A stretch of DNA of 64,000 nucleotides from Lama glama. Lineage: Eukaryota. The notes beneath the pieces are model-generated. The model was not told the DNA's origin and did no database searches. It worked only from the letters and a program-made list of their open reading frames with translations. Location: contig CM052817.1 in the NCBI GenBank assembly GCA_028534125.1, positions 32,056,001 to 32,120,000 on the forward strand, read 5' to 3'. A program made the translations under genes and the position numbers. Shown piece by piece: positions 38,023 through 50,799 of this stretch (the stretch's first letter is position 1; every line of letters starts with the position of its first letter).

Positions 38023-39539
38023 GGTGGTTTCCAGTGCAGGTCAGGGAAGTCTGACCTCATTTGAAGGACTCAAGACAGTGGCTGGGGTGGGGAGGTGGGA
38101 GAAGGTTGGCTTATTATCAACCCCACCTTTGCCTTAAGAAAAGACCCAAGGTCTGAGGTACCGGGAAGGAACAGCTTTCTGGCAATAGAAACCCTGAGAT
38201 GGAGAGAGAGGGCTGAGAGGGGTGAGTGGCAATGTCATGCTTCTGCAACAAGGGTCCTTGTCTCCTGGAGGGACTTCGAAGAATGTCAGGAAGTGTATGC
38301 AACTATAGGATGAGCATGGCCCATCTTCTTGGAATGTCAACTTTTCAGGAAGGTTTTTAGGAAAAATATTTTCATGTTTAAAAATGTATTATGGAATGGG
38401 GTGCAAAATTTACTTTTAACACTAATATACAAGATGTTGAAGCAAATATGTGCTTGCAGTAGACCACGTCGACTACCAGCCATCCTTCCACAGCCCTTGA
38501 AAAAGTCTGGGAAGCACTCATAGTCATTAAGATCTGTCACTTGAATTTTTTAATGCTTAAAGTGGTGTCTGTTTTATCTAGAAAGGATTTTTTTTTCATT
38601 TGTATTTGAAATTACAAACATTTAAATTGCAAAAATTAAAACTTAGCTTTCTTAAGGTTTTATGTTAAGTTTAGAAATCTTGTTAGACTTTTTATAAACT
38701 TAATAAAACAGGAACAGTCAACTTTAATTGTTCTCGGATTAATGGTAGATGAACTCAATTTGAACAGATTAAAACCCCCACACATTGGTTACACTTATAA
38801 ACTTAATTAAACTCCCTTAAGTATTTTAAATTGTATTTATACATTTAATATAGTTAATTTTCTTAAGTGCTTCAAATGCCCAAGGCAAATTTACGACCTA
38901 AATTTGCAAGCAAAACCTTTCTAAGTACTTAGATAACACTTGAACATTAAATAAATTAAATTTATAAATATAGTTACCTTTTTATTCTCTTAAATATTTC
39001 AATACTGATTAAATATTTCCTCAAGGTTTCATTTCCTTTTCAACTTAAAATCTCAAGTCAGAAACCAACTACACCTTTCAAACTGAAGTCACAGGATACG
39101 CCATCAGATTTTCTAGTCTGCCTTGTTCTTCAGCTATTTACATAATCCTTCAAAAAATACCTGAAGAGTGTCCTGTTGATTACAAAACAGATTCCACAAA
39201 TGAATATAAGGCTGTTAGTTCTGTGACTTTGATTTGCTTCTTCATCTTTATTCATTTCTAATCTTTTCCAGGGTTGAAAAGGCATTTTTTCTAACTACAG
39301 GAAACAATTGTACCATGTTGGGTGGGTCCATATTATAGGATTAACCGTTCTTGTCTGTAAGATGGTTGGGATCTTGATCAAAATAGATACCTGTGGGCTC
39401 CATGCATCACAAATGAGCATGTTGGATCATTTTTGTATCATTTGTGAAGATGGAGTTTTGTAACCCCCTCGTGGGTTACATTTAATACATTTATTTTCTG
39501 GCTGTTTCTACTGTATATTTTTTTCCACATTAAAAAGTT

Positions 39540-39635
39540 TTTATTATTATTATCTTTAATGGAGGTACTGGGGATTGAAACAAGGACCTTGTGTATGCTA
39601 AGCATACGCTCTACCACTGAGCTCTACCCACCCCC
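39540..39635 (-). mobile_element. Vic-1-like SINE
   Basis: ggaggtactggggattgaaacaaggacc...ctaccactgagctctacccacccc. Confidence 0.88.
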
Positions 39636-39644
39636 ACTATATTC

Positions 39645-39820
39645 TTTTTTTTAATTGAAATAGAATTCACATTTAACTTTGGGTAAGTTTGAGGTATACA
39701 AAGTGTTGATTGGATACGTTTGTACATTGCAATGGGATACCGCTGGTAGCTTTGGCTAACATCTCTACCATGTCACATAATTACTATTTCTTTTCCTGTG
39801 ATGGAAACAATAAGATCTAT
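39645..39820 (-). mobile_element. L1MA-type 3' end
   Basis: ttttttaattgaaatagaattcacat...aaggtatacaaagtgttgatt L1 3' terminus motif. Confidence 0.6.
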
Positions 39821-41652
39821 ATTCTTTCATTTTCTCCTCTTGTCTGATGTGTTAGTGCCTTCCCTTGTCTGGGTCTGGTCACCACTGAAAGAAATATTTT
39901 AATTTCTTATCTTTTGGCTCTTCCAAGCTGAGCATTAGACTGTGCTGGTGGCAAGATGGCAGGTGTGCGTAGAGGTGGGAGAAGGTCCCACATCTCTCCC
40001 TCTGGATGCAACCTCAGGTGCAAAAAATAACCACTTACTCAGGGCAAATGAACTTTTATAGACGGAGCGAGGAGGTGGAGCCAGCATCCCTCTCCCACTC
40101 TCATCTTCCTTCCTGTCGTGGCCACTGAGGGGATGCAAATTTGTGCTGACCAGTCAAGGGGCAGAAGACAATAAGGGGTTTGGGCTCTAAAAATGTCTCT
40201 TGACATATCCCAGGAAGGGCTAGGAACTTAGGGTATGGCTTCAAACAGGTTTGGATTTGAATCTTGCCTCCACAGTTTAAGAAAAGCATGGCCATGGCAA
40301 AGTTCTCTGAACTCTCCAATCCTGTTTTCTCAACTTTGAAGTACTCAGCTCATGGGATTATTGTTATAATTACTTGAAATTACGTACATAAAACAGACAG
40401 CATTGTGCCTGCCACCTAGTTCACTATAATTGGCAATTTACTGATTCATTTTTATGGTCCAGATCTATCTTGCTCAGTGTGCTATCTCTGGCATCTAGCA
40501 AAGAAAGGGCTTGGCACCAGGACTTGTTAAATGGATGACTTTCTATCCATTTATGACAACATTTGGGCCACTGTTTCTCAGCTGCAGGGACTACCAGTGC
40601 TGAATGCTACTTGTACCCGAGTGACGTGCTTGGGCCACGTGTGGAGCATTGGTGTCACGTGAATGCTCCAGTGATTGTTTTGCATCATGCGTGTTTATAC
40701 TGTTGGTTATCAGGGTAAAGCCACAGTCACGTGGACATGGAGTAAGGTCATACCTGAAGGGTGAGAGATTTCCTGGTGTCTTCAACTAGGTAAGAGGCCT
40801 TTATGGCAGCACTGGGTGGGAGAAGTGAATGTGGGTCACAGAATGAGGGTCTTTCTTTCTCTTGAACTTGACCACAGAGCTGTCAAGATGACTGGGGAGG
40901 GAGTGTGAGGAGAAGGTCTTTACATGAGACCCTTCATCTGTGGCTACTTTCTGAGTCTCAGAGCTATCTTACTCTAACTGCCATCCCATCCAGCTCTGCT
41001 CTGCCTCCCGAGGGCAGGGATCCCTTTTTCCTCTTGGCCCGTCACCTGTTACCAGGGATCCTCAATTTCATCACTATTGACATTTAGAACTGACATTCGT
41101 TGCCACAGGGGGCTGTCTGGAGCACTGGAGGAGGGTCAGCAGCATCATACTGTTGGTACCGTACCTGGGAGGAATGAAATGCTCTGCTCACGAGAGGCAA
41201 ATAGCCGCTCCCCAGCTGTGATGATAAAAAGATCTGCAGACATTGATGAATGTCTTCTAGAGAAGCCTGTCTGAACCATTGAACCAGACTGTCTCTTATG
41301 CTTTTGTATTTACTTCCCTCATGTGCCCTTTGCCATTTTGTTAAGTCTTCTGGAAAATTCTACCCTAACTGTACCAAGGGGTAAGGAAATCTTTTTTGGA
41401 TATGCATAAACCAGGTCCTTAAAGGAGGAGCAGGCAGACCCCAGCAGCCACCGGGTTGAGGGTGGCTGTAGGAACTGAAGCAAAAGGTTCCTAAGGACAA
41501 ACGAAACGCAGCTGTTTCCCACCTGGAGCATCTTGTCAAAACAGTCGACACTTTAGGAGACATGATGGCTTTGCTTCTGTTGTTCTTCCCGTGAGTTTTT
41601 GGATTTTTTTTTTTCACTCTGAGGCAGGTAGACTTTTAAGAGGTTCTGAATA

Positions 41653-41940
41653 GAAACAGACTCATAGACATAGAAAACAAACTTATAGTTACCAGAGGGG
41701 AAAGAGGGTGGGGGGAAAGGGATAAATTGGAAGTTTGAGATTTGCAGATACTATATGTAAAAAGCTAAACAAAAGTTTCTATTGTGTAGCATAGGGAACT
41801 GTATTTAATATCTTCCTGTAATGAAAAAGAATATGAAAACGAATATACGTACGTATGTATATGACTGAAACACTATGCTGTATACCAGAAATTGACACAA
41901 CATTGTAAACCGACTACAGTTCAATTAAAAAAAAATGGAA
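41653..41940 (+). mobile_element. Short L1 3' end insertion
   Basis: gaaacagactcatagacatagaaaacaaactt...caattaaaaaaaaa. Near-TSD agaggttctgaata (41639-41652) / agaagttctgaata (41941-41954). Confidence 0.88.
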
Positions 41941-44325
41941 AGAAGTTCTGAATAAATGTCATGGCCCTTTATGGGGACCTAATTAGAGCTGAGTTTTATA
42001 GATTTTAACAGGAAAGGGAAATTATAAAAGGCTAAAGTTTAACATGGCAGAAAGCCCAAGAAATAAATTTGCAAAGCACTTTATGGCCTTTCCAGCTATA
42101 TCAGAAATGAAGAAGGAATGACAGTGCCTTTCCCTGGTGGCCAAGCAGCTGGAGATGTTTTCCTCTGTTTTCATGGGCACCATGGTTGACTCACAGGGGA
42201 CTCTCCTTTTTGGCATCTTTTGCATGGAGTGCTAGTTGTAACTTGCTGGCCCATGTAAGATTGATGGAGCTTTCAATTCCCCACACTTTCCACTTGTCTT
42301 TTGAAACATTCCATCCAGTCCTCAAAATAGGACCCAGTGGCACAGCACAATGGGGTAGCCTGCAAAGCAGGTGCAAAGTTTTGGAAAACCTTCCAAATTA
42401 CGTATCTCTGGATGAGTAACAAGTCAGCAAATGTATGTCCTAGGGCTAATTTGTGTTTTTTAAACTTGAGATATCATGGAATAGGTAGGGGTAGTGCTAG
42501 GGGACAGTTTGTATATTAAATTGAGTTCAAGAGACATTATCAAACGATGCAAAGGATTGGGCTGGACATTGGATTAGACACTGGATAGGGGAGGTTGGTC
42601 AGGCAAGATCACTTTTGGAAACATATTCGGGTTGTAAGGGGGTAAAGTCAGGCATAAATACAACTATGATGCACTTTAATACCCTATAGATGCAAGAGGC
42701 TATGGGAGGGAAGAGAGAAGAGAGAAGAGAGACTATTTCTGGTCCAGAAGAATGTGGGATGGCCGCATGGAGGAGAAATCTGTGTAGGAGTCTAATGGAT
42801 GGAGATGTCTGGCTGTGAAAGGGCACTGCAGCAGCGAGGAATGGAGCAGTGTGAGTAGAGGAACAGAGGTGGGAAGGAGCAGGACTTGTTCTAGGGTTTA
42901 AGTGTGGCGGGGGCTTAAGTTATGTTAAAGGCAATAGTGGAAGATAAAGCTGGAAAGACACATAATAGGCATTCAATAAATAAATATCCATTAAATGAAT
43001 AAATTAAAGATAACTTGTCTTATTACATAAGCTTTGAATGCCAAGTGAAAGAGTTCAGACTTTCTGCTATAGGTCATGTGGGGCAGTGGGCATTGAAATT
43101 TTTTGATCAAGAAAGCAACAACAGATTTGCATTTTAGGAAGATAGACATTCGCAAAGAAGGTAGCATGGATTGCAGCAGAATTTCCAAATATAGTAAGTG
43201 TACCAATAAGTGTACACAGCATGATTTTAGGTGGGGTGTGCAGGGTTGACACTCAGGTAGGAAGAACCGACAGAGTATCACTCTTTGTTCGTTGTCCCTC
43301 TGCCAGTCTGGACTGTTAAATGTTTTGTATATAACCCCTAGGTACATGGATACATTTTAAAGTGTGAATAGTTATAATCAACTGTGAATTCAGAAACTGC
43401 TGCATAATATAAAATTTTCTCTTAAAATATGTGTATTGAAGAAGAAAAAGTGAGTTAATTTAAAGAGAAATTTAAACAATAGAATAGGTGGATAAGCAAA
43501 ATCCTGAAGATGGCATGTGAATGACTGAAATTTGGGAAATACTGGATGAGAGGCACAAGAGATTAGAGGCAGAGGACTGGCTAATAGCTGTTGGATCCAC
43601 TGTCTGTGCAGTCAGCTAGATCAGGACCAGTCTTTGACCTGTGGTTTAATAAGTTTGTAGTACTGAACCCACCCAGCATTTACATTTTTAGCCACTTACC
43701 TTTATTGTGCATGAAAAGCTCTATTCCAGTTAAAGGGATTTTAAGCATCGGGGAGCAAAGTGGAAAACACTCGTGGGGTCAGAGGAATCCCAAAATATTA
43801 GGCTAGGCTTTTAACAATAGGAAGGCAAGTTTTAAAAATTCTTTTAGAGTGAATATGTGGGGAAGGGAGGTAGCCAAAAGAAGTAGTCTCTTCCCTCTAG
43901 GGGTAACTGCTCACTCAGGGAACCATCCTAGCCCAGCCATGGCTGGAGGTCACACCTGTCTGTACGTGCATGAACTCTCTCCAAGCGCACACACGAGAAG
44001 CTGCCAACTTGGTTGCATCTCAAGCAGAGAAAGTAAGGACTAAAGGACTGGCATGGGAAAGGGAATTACTTTTCATTGTATACTCATTTGTGTCTTTTAA
44101 ATTCTTTATGCTATGCATGTATTTTTCTATTCAAAATAGAAACTAAAAAAAAAAATTAAAATAAAGATCCCACACTTATATCCAAAAGTTTGCTAAGCAT
44201 GTAATTCTATTTCTGCAAATATTTTGAGCATTTCCTTCTAGTCGTTTTTCTATTTACCCATACACATATTTGATAAAGTTGGGATCATATGTTATAAACT
44301 GTTTTGTATCTTCTTTGGCCATCTA

Positions 44326-44520
44326 TTTTTTTTAATTGAAGTATAGTCAGTTACAATGTCTCAGTTTCTGGTGTTCAGCATAATGTTTCAGTCATACATA
44401 CACATACACATATTTGTTTTCATATTCTTTTTCATTATAGGTTACTACAAGATATTGAATGTAGTTTCCTTTGCTATACAGAAGAAATATTTTTTTAATC
44501 TATTTTATGTATGATAGTTT
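44326..44520 (-). mobile_element. L1 3' end fragment
   Basis: ttttttaattgaagtatagtcagttacaatg...ggttactacaagatattgaat. Confidence 0.8.
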
Positions 44521-45084
44521 CATGAGCGTTTTCCCCATATCACTCTATATTCCCTCAAAAATATTTTTTCCATTTGGAGGGATGTGCCCTAATTTAGCCA
44601 CGCTTAATGTTGGACTTTTAGGTTGTACCCAATTGTTTGGACAGATAACAAAGTTATCCCTGTTAGAAATAGCCTCTTCTTAAATTAAAGCATTTCTGTA
44701 GTGTCTTTTGCCATATCCTGTACTGTTTAACTCTTTTACCATTTACCGTTTGGCTTGTGAGTGGATTCTTCATTATCTAATTGGATTGTAAACTTGAGAA
44801 AAGAAGTTATGCTTATACAAAACTTTGTTTTTCTTAAAGCCCACCTAACTGCTCAATTGAAAACAATGAATGAATCTCTACAGACATTAAAGATGGTTCC
44901 TCAAGTAAAAAGAAAAAAAGTCTCCTTAATTATAGCTTGCAGCATTAACACTACAAGTGATCCAATAATGCCTCCTGTAAGGGATTTGACAAAAGGAAAC
45001 GTGGTTGGGGGACTTTGTGGGTTGGAGAGAGACCTCTTTGCCTGGATGTTAAAGTTTTATTGTCAGGGATAGTTTTGTTTTGTT

Positions 45085-45440
45085 TTGTTTTAAAGCACAG
45101 TTTTATTGAGCTGTAATTAAGATACCATAAAATTTACCTGCTTAAAATGTATAAATTCAGGGAGCTTTTTCTTTTAAGTACGTTTACAAAACAGCCCCAC
45201 CATCAACATTCATTCCAGAACATTTATATGGCCCCCAAAAGAAACCCCACACCCATTATCAGTTACTCCCTATTTTCTCACCCCCCAGCCCCAGAGAATC
45301 ACAAATCTACTTTCTGTCTCTGTAGGTTTGCCTGTTCTGGACACTTCACAAAAATAGAATCATACAGTATGTGGTCTTTTGTTACCAGCTTCTTTCTTTC
45401 ATTTGATATGTTTTCAAGGTCCTTCCGCATTGCGGCATAT
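45085..45440 (-). mobile_element. L1MB-type 3' fragment
   Basis: ttattgagctgtaattaagataccataaaatttacc...ttccagaacattt...atctactttctgtctctgtagg. Confidence 0.75.
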
Positions 45441-45669
45441 ATTAAGAAAGCATGAAAAAAAGGCTTATTTAAAATAAAACAAATTTCTTACTGATCTCCA
45501 AAGCCCTTCTCCTACATCCGGTTTCTAAATAAAACTTAATCTTTTCACCAAAAAAAAAAAATAAATAAATAAAATAAAATAAAACAAAACAAAACTTACA
45601 GTTAGCTTCTGACAGAAAGAAGGCTCCTCCCCGTCCTCTCCTTTTCTCCCCTCCCCCACTCATTCATAG

Positions 45670-45695
45670 TTTCTCTCCTTCTTTCCTTCTTTCCT

Positions 45696-45739
<44 letters not shown>

Positions 45740-45795
45740 TCCTTCTTTCCTTCTTTCTTTCTTCCTTTCTTCCTTTCTTCCTTTCTTTCTTTTCT
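45670..45795. repeat. (TTTC)n/(TTCC) polypyrimidine microsatellite
   Basis: Seen directly. Confidence 0.95.
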
Positions 45796-46055
45796 TATGG
45801 CTGCTTTGGGTTCTCCAGGTCTAAGCACATCTTAACTTTGCCGTCCTTCACCTCTTTCCCCTTTCCTGCCCGAGTCTCCATTTCTTCCAGGCTAATTTTA
45901 AAAAACAAGAAGGCATGACCTCTTTTTTTAGCACACAGCTTCCCATCTGCATCTGCTGACTGATCATAAGGACACTTACCTTATTCAGGGAATGATGTCT
46001 GAGGACTTCCTTTCTGAACAATGTTGTATGAAGGGCAGGCAAGTGCTTTTTTTTA

Positions 46056-46366
46056 ATTTTCTTTTTTCTTTCCCTCTTTCTCTTTCTTTCTCTCTCTCTT
46101 TCTTTCTCTCTCTTTCCTCCTTCCTTTCTTTCCTCCTTCCTCCCTTCCTTCCTCCCTTCCTTCCTCCCTTCCTTCCTTCCTCCCTTCCTCCCTTCCTTCC
46201 TTCCTTTCTTTCTTCCTCCCTTCCTCCCTTCCTTCCTCCCTCCCTTCCTTTCTTTCTTTCTTCCTTCCTTCCTTCCTCCCTTCCTCCCTTCCTTCCTCCC
46301 TTCCTTCCTTCCTTCCTTTCTTTCTTTCTTCTTCTTCTTCTTTGTGTGTGTGTGTGTTTGTGTGTG
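46056..46366. repeat. (TTCC/TCCC)n polypyrimidine tract followed by short (TG)n
   Basis: About 285 nt of only C/T on the plus strand, seen directly. Confidence 0.95.
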
Positions 46367-48199
46367 CATGGCACCATATGAAGTGCTCTGTGGGATATGA
46401 AGATAAGAAAACCAAAGACCTGCTTCAGGTAGTTTATATTCTAAGAAGGGATCTAAAACATTCTTGATAATATTGCTTCATTGTCATCCATTGGACTACA
46501 TGCCTTCAAGGGCTGGAACCATGTTCTGTTAACCTTCCCCAAACCCACAATACTTTGCACAAAGCACACCTTATTTCTGTTAGGATGTGTTAAAAGAGAC
46601 ATCAGTCAAATGTCGAGAAAGGTCCGATGAGGGATGGGTTATTTCTGGCTGGAGACATCTAAGAAATCTTCATGGATAAGATGGTTTCTGTGGTAGGCAG
46701 TAAAGGGTGAATACGATTCAGTTATGGAGAGTTGGAAAGAGGATTCTAGGGAAAGAGGAAATATACAGAGGTGAAACTGTGAGGCATGGAAAGGGAAACA
46801 TGAGTCAAGTTAATGAGAAGTTAACTTTGAAATAGAGAAGAAGGAAGTTGAGAAGCTCACATCAGATGTCTCAGACTACCAAGTAAGGAAAGAAGCAAGG
46901 GTATCTTCAAAATAGGAAAGGAATGGGGATGGAATTTGGGTCAAAGGAGTGTGGAAATAAATGATTTGGCTGTAGGATGTGGGTTAGAAACTCAAATAGA
47001 CATTAATACATGAGACCTTGAGGTGTTTGTGGGTCATGCAAATGGAGACATCTACAAATATTGGAATTTAGGTTATAATTCCACCATTACCTTAAATATA
47101 TTGGTGCACATATTTTACATTTTAATAATTTACATTCTATTAAAAATTAACATACAGCATACATTCATTTATTCATCATCTAACAACAAATGTTATTAAA
47201 CACTGTCCTAGATTCTGGGGACACAGTAGTGAACAAGATGGACAAGATTCCTGTCTTTTTGAACATTTACGAATTAGTAGGGAGGAAGAAACAAAACCAA
47301 AACAAGTCACAGGAAGGTGTATAATAATAGCAGAGGCATGCATAGTTAAACATCATTAATTCAAAGCAGTTTACTTAAAATAATAGACATACATTAGCAA
47401 AGGCTGATTTCTGGTTGACTAACTACCCTTTCTTAATACAAATATTAGAACATCCAAGCATAGTTCATTCATACCTATTTTCTCAAGAATTTCATGTGTC
47501 TCATTCACAGAGTTTAATTATACCCAAGCAAAAAGTTACTCAGCACAATATAAAAGGCAATTTGAAAATGTCTGGGACATTTCAACGCAGAATATCTCTA
47601 TAATTATTCTCCAGAGAGTCTGCTAAGAGAGTCATAGCCTCTTGGCAACAATGGGTAGTGCTGTAATTTTCCCTCTTGAATGTATTTATGTACATATTTA
47701 GATGCATGAGTTGCAAAGATACATAGGACACCATTCCTACTTTCAAAGAGCTCTCAGTCTAGAGGAAAGAATGCATTAGAAAGCTACAAAATACACCGTA
47801 AATAACTGGTCCAGGTACTGAGGGAGGGGTGTGAGCCTTGCCTTGAGCCTTTACTAGTGTAAAGAACCTGATCTTGAAGGACTGGGGAGGGGGTGGGAGA
47901 GATCTACTCAGGCAGAAAGAACTGCATTAACAAAGGTGAGGAGGAAGTAGGTGTAGAGAAAAGGAGCTAACATTTATTGAGTTGTAAGTACAACCTTAGG
48001 TATGTAGTAGATACTCTGTAAATATTTGTTCAGTGAAGGGGCATCTTTGTTGAAAAAGGATCATTATAGCCATCTTGTAGATAAAGAAACCGAGGCTCAG
48101 AGAGATTAAATCATAGTTCTAGAGTCACATAGCTGGAAGTGGGAGGGTTAGACGTTGACCCCCAGCGCTCTGCCTAACAAGCTTACGCTCTTTGCCCCA

Positions 48200-49200
48200 C
48201 CCAGATGTCTGGCTAAAGTCTAGGGTGTGTAGTGAGGGACGAGAGTGAGCATTGTAGCCAGAGGTGAACTTAGACACACAAGTTGAGACCGGACTGCAGC
48301 TGTCCCTAAATGACATTCTAAGGGACTATGCTGTCCTTAGAGGGGAGCCACCAAAGATCTTGAAGTAGGAGAGTAATGTCATCGGTCTTCATTTTAGGAA
48401 CAAGGTAAGTGTGATAGGGTGAAGTTAGGGAGGGGGGATGGGGGCAGTGGCTATGCAAGTAGACTGATGGACAAGTTAGGAAAGGCTGTTGTACAGAGCT
48501 GATGAGGACGAACAGATTTGAGACTGAGCAGGGGCTGCAGAAATGGAGACCAAGGGTGAAAGAGGCCTGGAAATGTGTCAGAGGAAGAGTCCCCATCATT
48601 CACTAACCGGATGGATTCGAGGGAAGGGAAGGGATGCAGGATGGTGCTGGGATGTCTAGCTTTGGTAAAGGATGATGCCACTGGCTGATCCAGGGAATAT
48701 AAGAAAAGGAACACAGATGGTGGGCAGAAGGAAATATTCTGGACATTTTGAGTAGAAACATCCAAAGAGAGATGTGTAATGGACAGCAGGAAATAAGAGA
48801 TGAATGCAAAGGAGAGGGACTGGAGCAAGAACTTAGCAGAAATCACCAGCTTCTAAGAGACGGTTAGGGCCAGAAGGATGGGATGGCCAGGGAGAGTTGT
48901 CCAATGAGAAGAGATGAGAGGAGCCTGGTGGAGGAGGGGAAGTAATCAAACTAGACAAAGGAAGAAAGGGCAGAGATGTAGCAAGAGAGCCAGAGAGGGT
49001 GACGGAGGTCAAGGAAAGAGGCTGGGAGAGGGGGAGTTGGCTGATGGAAGGTTCTCAGTGACCTCACTGAGATCGGCTCCCCAAGAGTGGATGGGGCAGA
49101 AGCCAGGTTGAGGATTGAAGAGTGAGTGAGTCATTCTGGAAAGCAGGTACAGCCTATTCTTTCAGAGTTTCACAGCATGAAAGGAGAGACTGGATAACTT
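48200..49200 (-). mobile_element. L2 LINE fragment
   Basis: Purine-rich L2 body (ggggagccaccaaagatcttgaagtagg...ggacattttgagt...gtgacctcactgaga). Confidence 0.6.
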
Positions 49201-49519
49201 GAGAGAGTACTGAGGAGAGAGAAATCTTAGTGCAGTTCCATAGGAAGTTTTTGAGCTGGCAGCTGTCACGGTCAGTTACAGGGGGAGAAAGCGAGTGAAG
49301 CAGACTTCTCTCTCTTCCATTCTTGGATGAGGCAGCTGTCTTACATGCAGGGGAGAATCTGACTTAATGGTGGCATCCTTTTCACCATTGTTAAAAGACT
49401 GGAGTATTGCAATTATTGCCTTTCTTGGGGTGTGTCCTCCTGATTGCTTTAAAATGATGTTCTCTTCAGGAGGGATAAAAATAGGACTGGACTTGTAGCA
49501 AAAGGCAGTAGCAGGTAGG

Positions 49520-49770
49520 CAAGTGCTCAATTCTTGAGCCAGGCTGCCTAGACTCAAAGCCCGGTTCTGTCACTTGCTGTGTGACCTTAGTCAGTTATCT
49601 AGCCTCTCTGTGGCCCAGTTTCCTCATCTGAAAATAAGAATGGTAATAGTGCTACGATAGTGGCAGATTGTTGTGAGGATTACTTGAGTTAATACAACAA
49701 TGTGAAGAACTTGGGACAATGGCTGGCACAGAGCCAGCCCCGGGGAAGTATTAGCTGTTACTGTTAATAG
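49520..49770 (+). mobile_element. MIR SINE
   Basis: MIR core: gctgtgtgaccttagtcagttatctagcctctctgtggcccagtttcctcatctgaaaa. Confidence 0.8.
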
Positions 49771-50271
49771 TTATGCCAAGGATCTTGGGCATCAGTGTTG
49801 GAAAGGACCCTGGGGTTTAACTGACCATGACCTTGCCACCTGCCACCAGCTCATGTCGCTGCTGTGATTGCTTTGTCTGTTCTTCATCAACATGAAATTC
49901 TTTTAAGATTTGCGCGAAACAGACAAAGATGAGTATTTGCTTTTCACGATTAGAAGAGGCTGTTCTGAAGTTGAAAAACAATGGCCTCTCCTGCAGAGTA
50001 CTAAGGAAGAAGATACTCCTTAGGAGAAACTGGTTTTGGTGCAGTAAAACTCTGAAGCACGTGTTTGTAATTGTAATATGGCAGGGGGAAGGGGGTTTAA
50101 CATGCTATTAAATATCTGGCTCTTTGGATTTATTTTAACTGGTGAGGGAAGCTATGCTTCATATCTTTCTTAAAACATTATTCCTCTAAAATACTCCAAA
50201 GCACCAAAGCAAAACATCTGGTACCAGGCAGTGTGCAAAAATAACCTTTTATCTTGCTGCTATTAAAAAAA

Positions 50272-50460
50272 ATTTTTTTTCGATTTACAATGTTGTATTA
50301 GTTTCTGGTGTGCAGCATGGTGATTCAGTTATATGTTCATATATATATACTCTTTTTCATTACAGGTTTACTACATGCCATTGAACGTAGTTCTCAGTAG
50401 GACCTTGTTGCTTATCTATTTTATATATAGAAGTTCGTATCTGCAAATCTCAAACTCCCA
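50272..50460 (-). mobile_element. L1 3' end fragment
   Basis: gatttacaatgttgtattagtttctggtgtgcagcatggtgattcagttata. Confidence 0.8.
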
Positions 50461-50502
50461 TGTCTTCGGCAACATGGGCTGTGATTTGAAACTGCTCTAC
50501 TG

Positions 50503-50522
50503 CACTTGCCACCTGCTGGCCA
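50503..50522 (-). promoter_or_regulatory. CTCF motif
   Basis: Minus strand TGGCCAGCAGGTGGCAAGTG matches the core CCASYAGRKGGCR. Confidence 0.6.
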
Positions 50523-50640
50523 AGTCCCAGTACAGCCCACAGCCCCGTGACCATACTGGTCAGCCTCTGATGGAGTGCTCCCGAAAGGCTGCAAAAAGAT
50601 ACCCTCATTTCTTTCTATTAAGAAAATACATTGCCATTTT

Positions 50641-50772
50641 GTTGTTTGGGTTATTTTGCAGGGTGGGAAGGTAATTAGGTTTATTTATTTATTTTTCTTG
50701 GAGGCACTGGTTCAACCCAGGACCTCATGCATGCTAAGCATGCGCTTTACCACTTGAGCTATACCCTCCCCC
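50641..50772 (-). mobile_element. Vic-1-like SINE
   Basis: SINE body. Near-TSD tacattgccatttt (50627-50640) / tacactgccacttt (50774-50787). Confidence 0.88.
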
Positions 50773-50799
50773 TTACACTGCCACTTTAACTTACATCCT

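Noticed and set aside
45520..45549. Resemblance of atcttttcacc plus poly(A) to the RPL23A mRNA end
   Set aside because: The upstream sequence does not match my recollection of RPL23A, and the match is too short to call a pseudogene.
45848..46415. K/E/G/R-rich and F/L/P/S-rich ORFs
   Set aside because: Translations of the (TTCC)n microsatellite.
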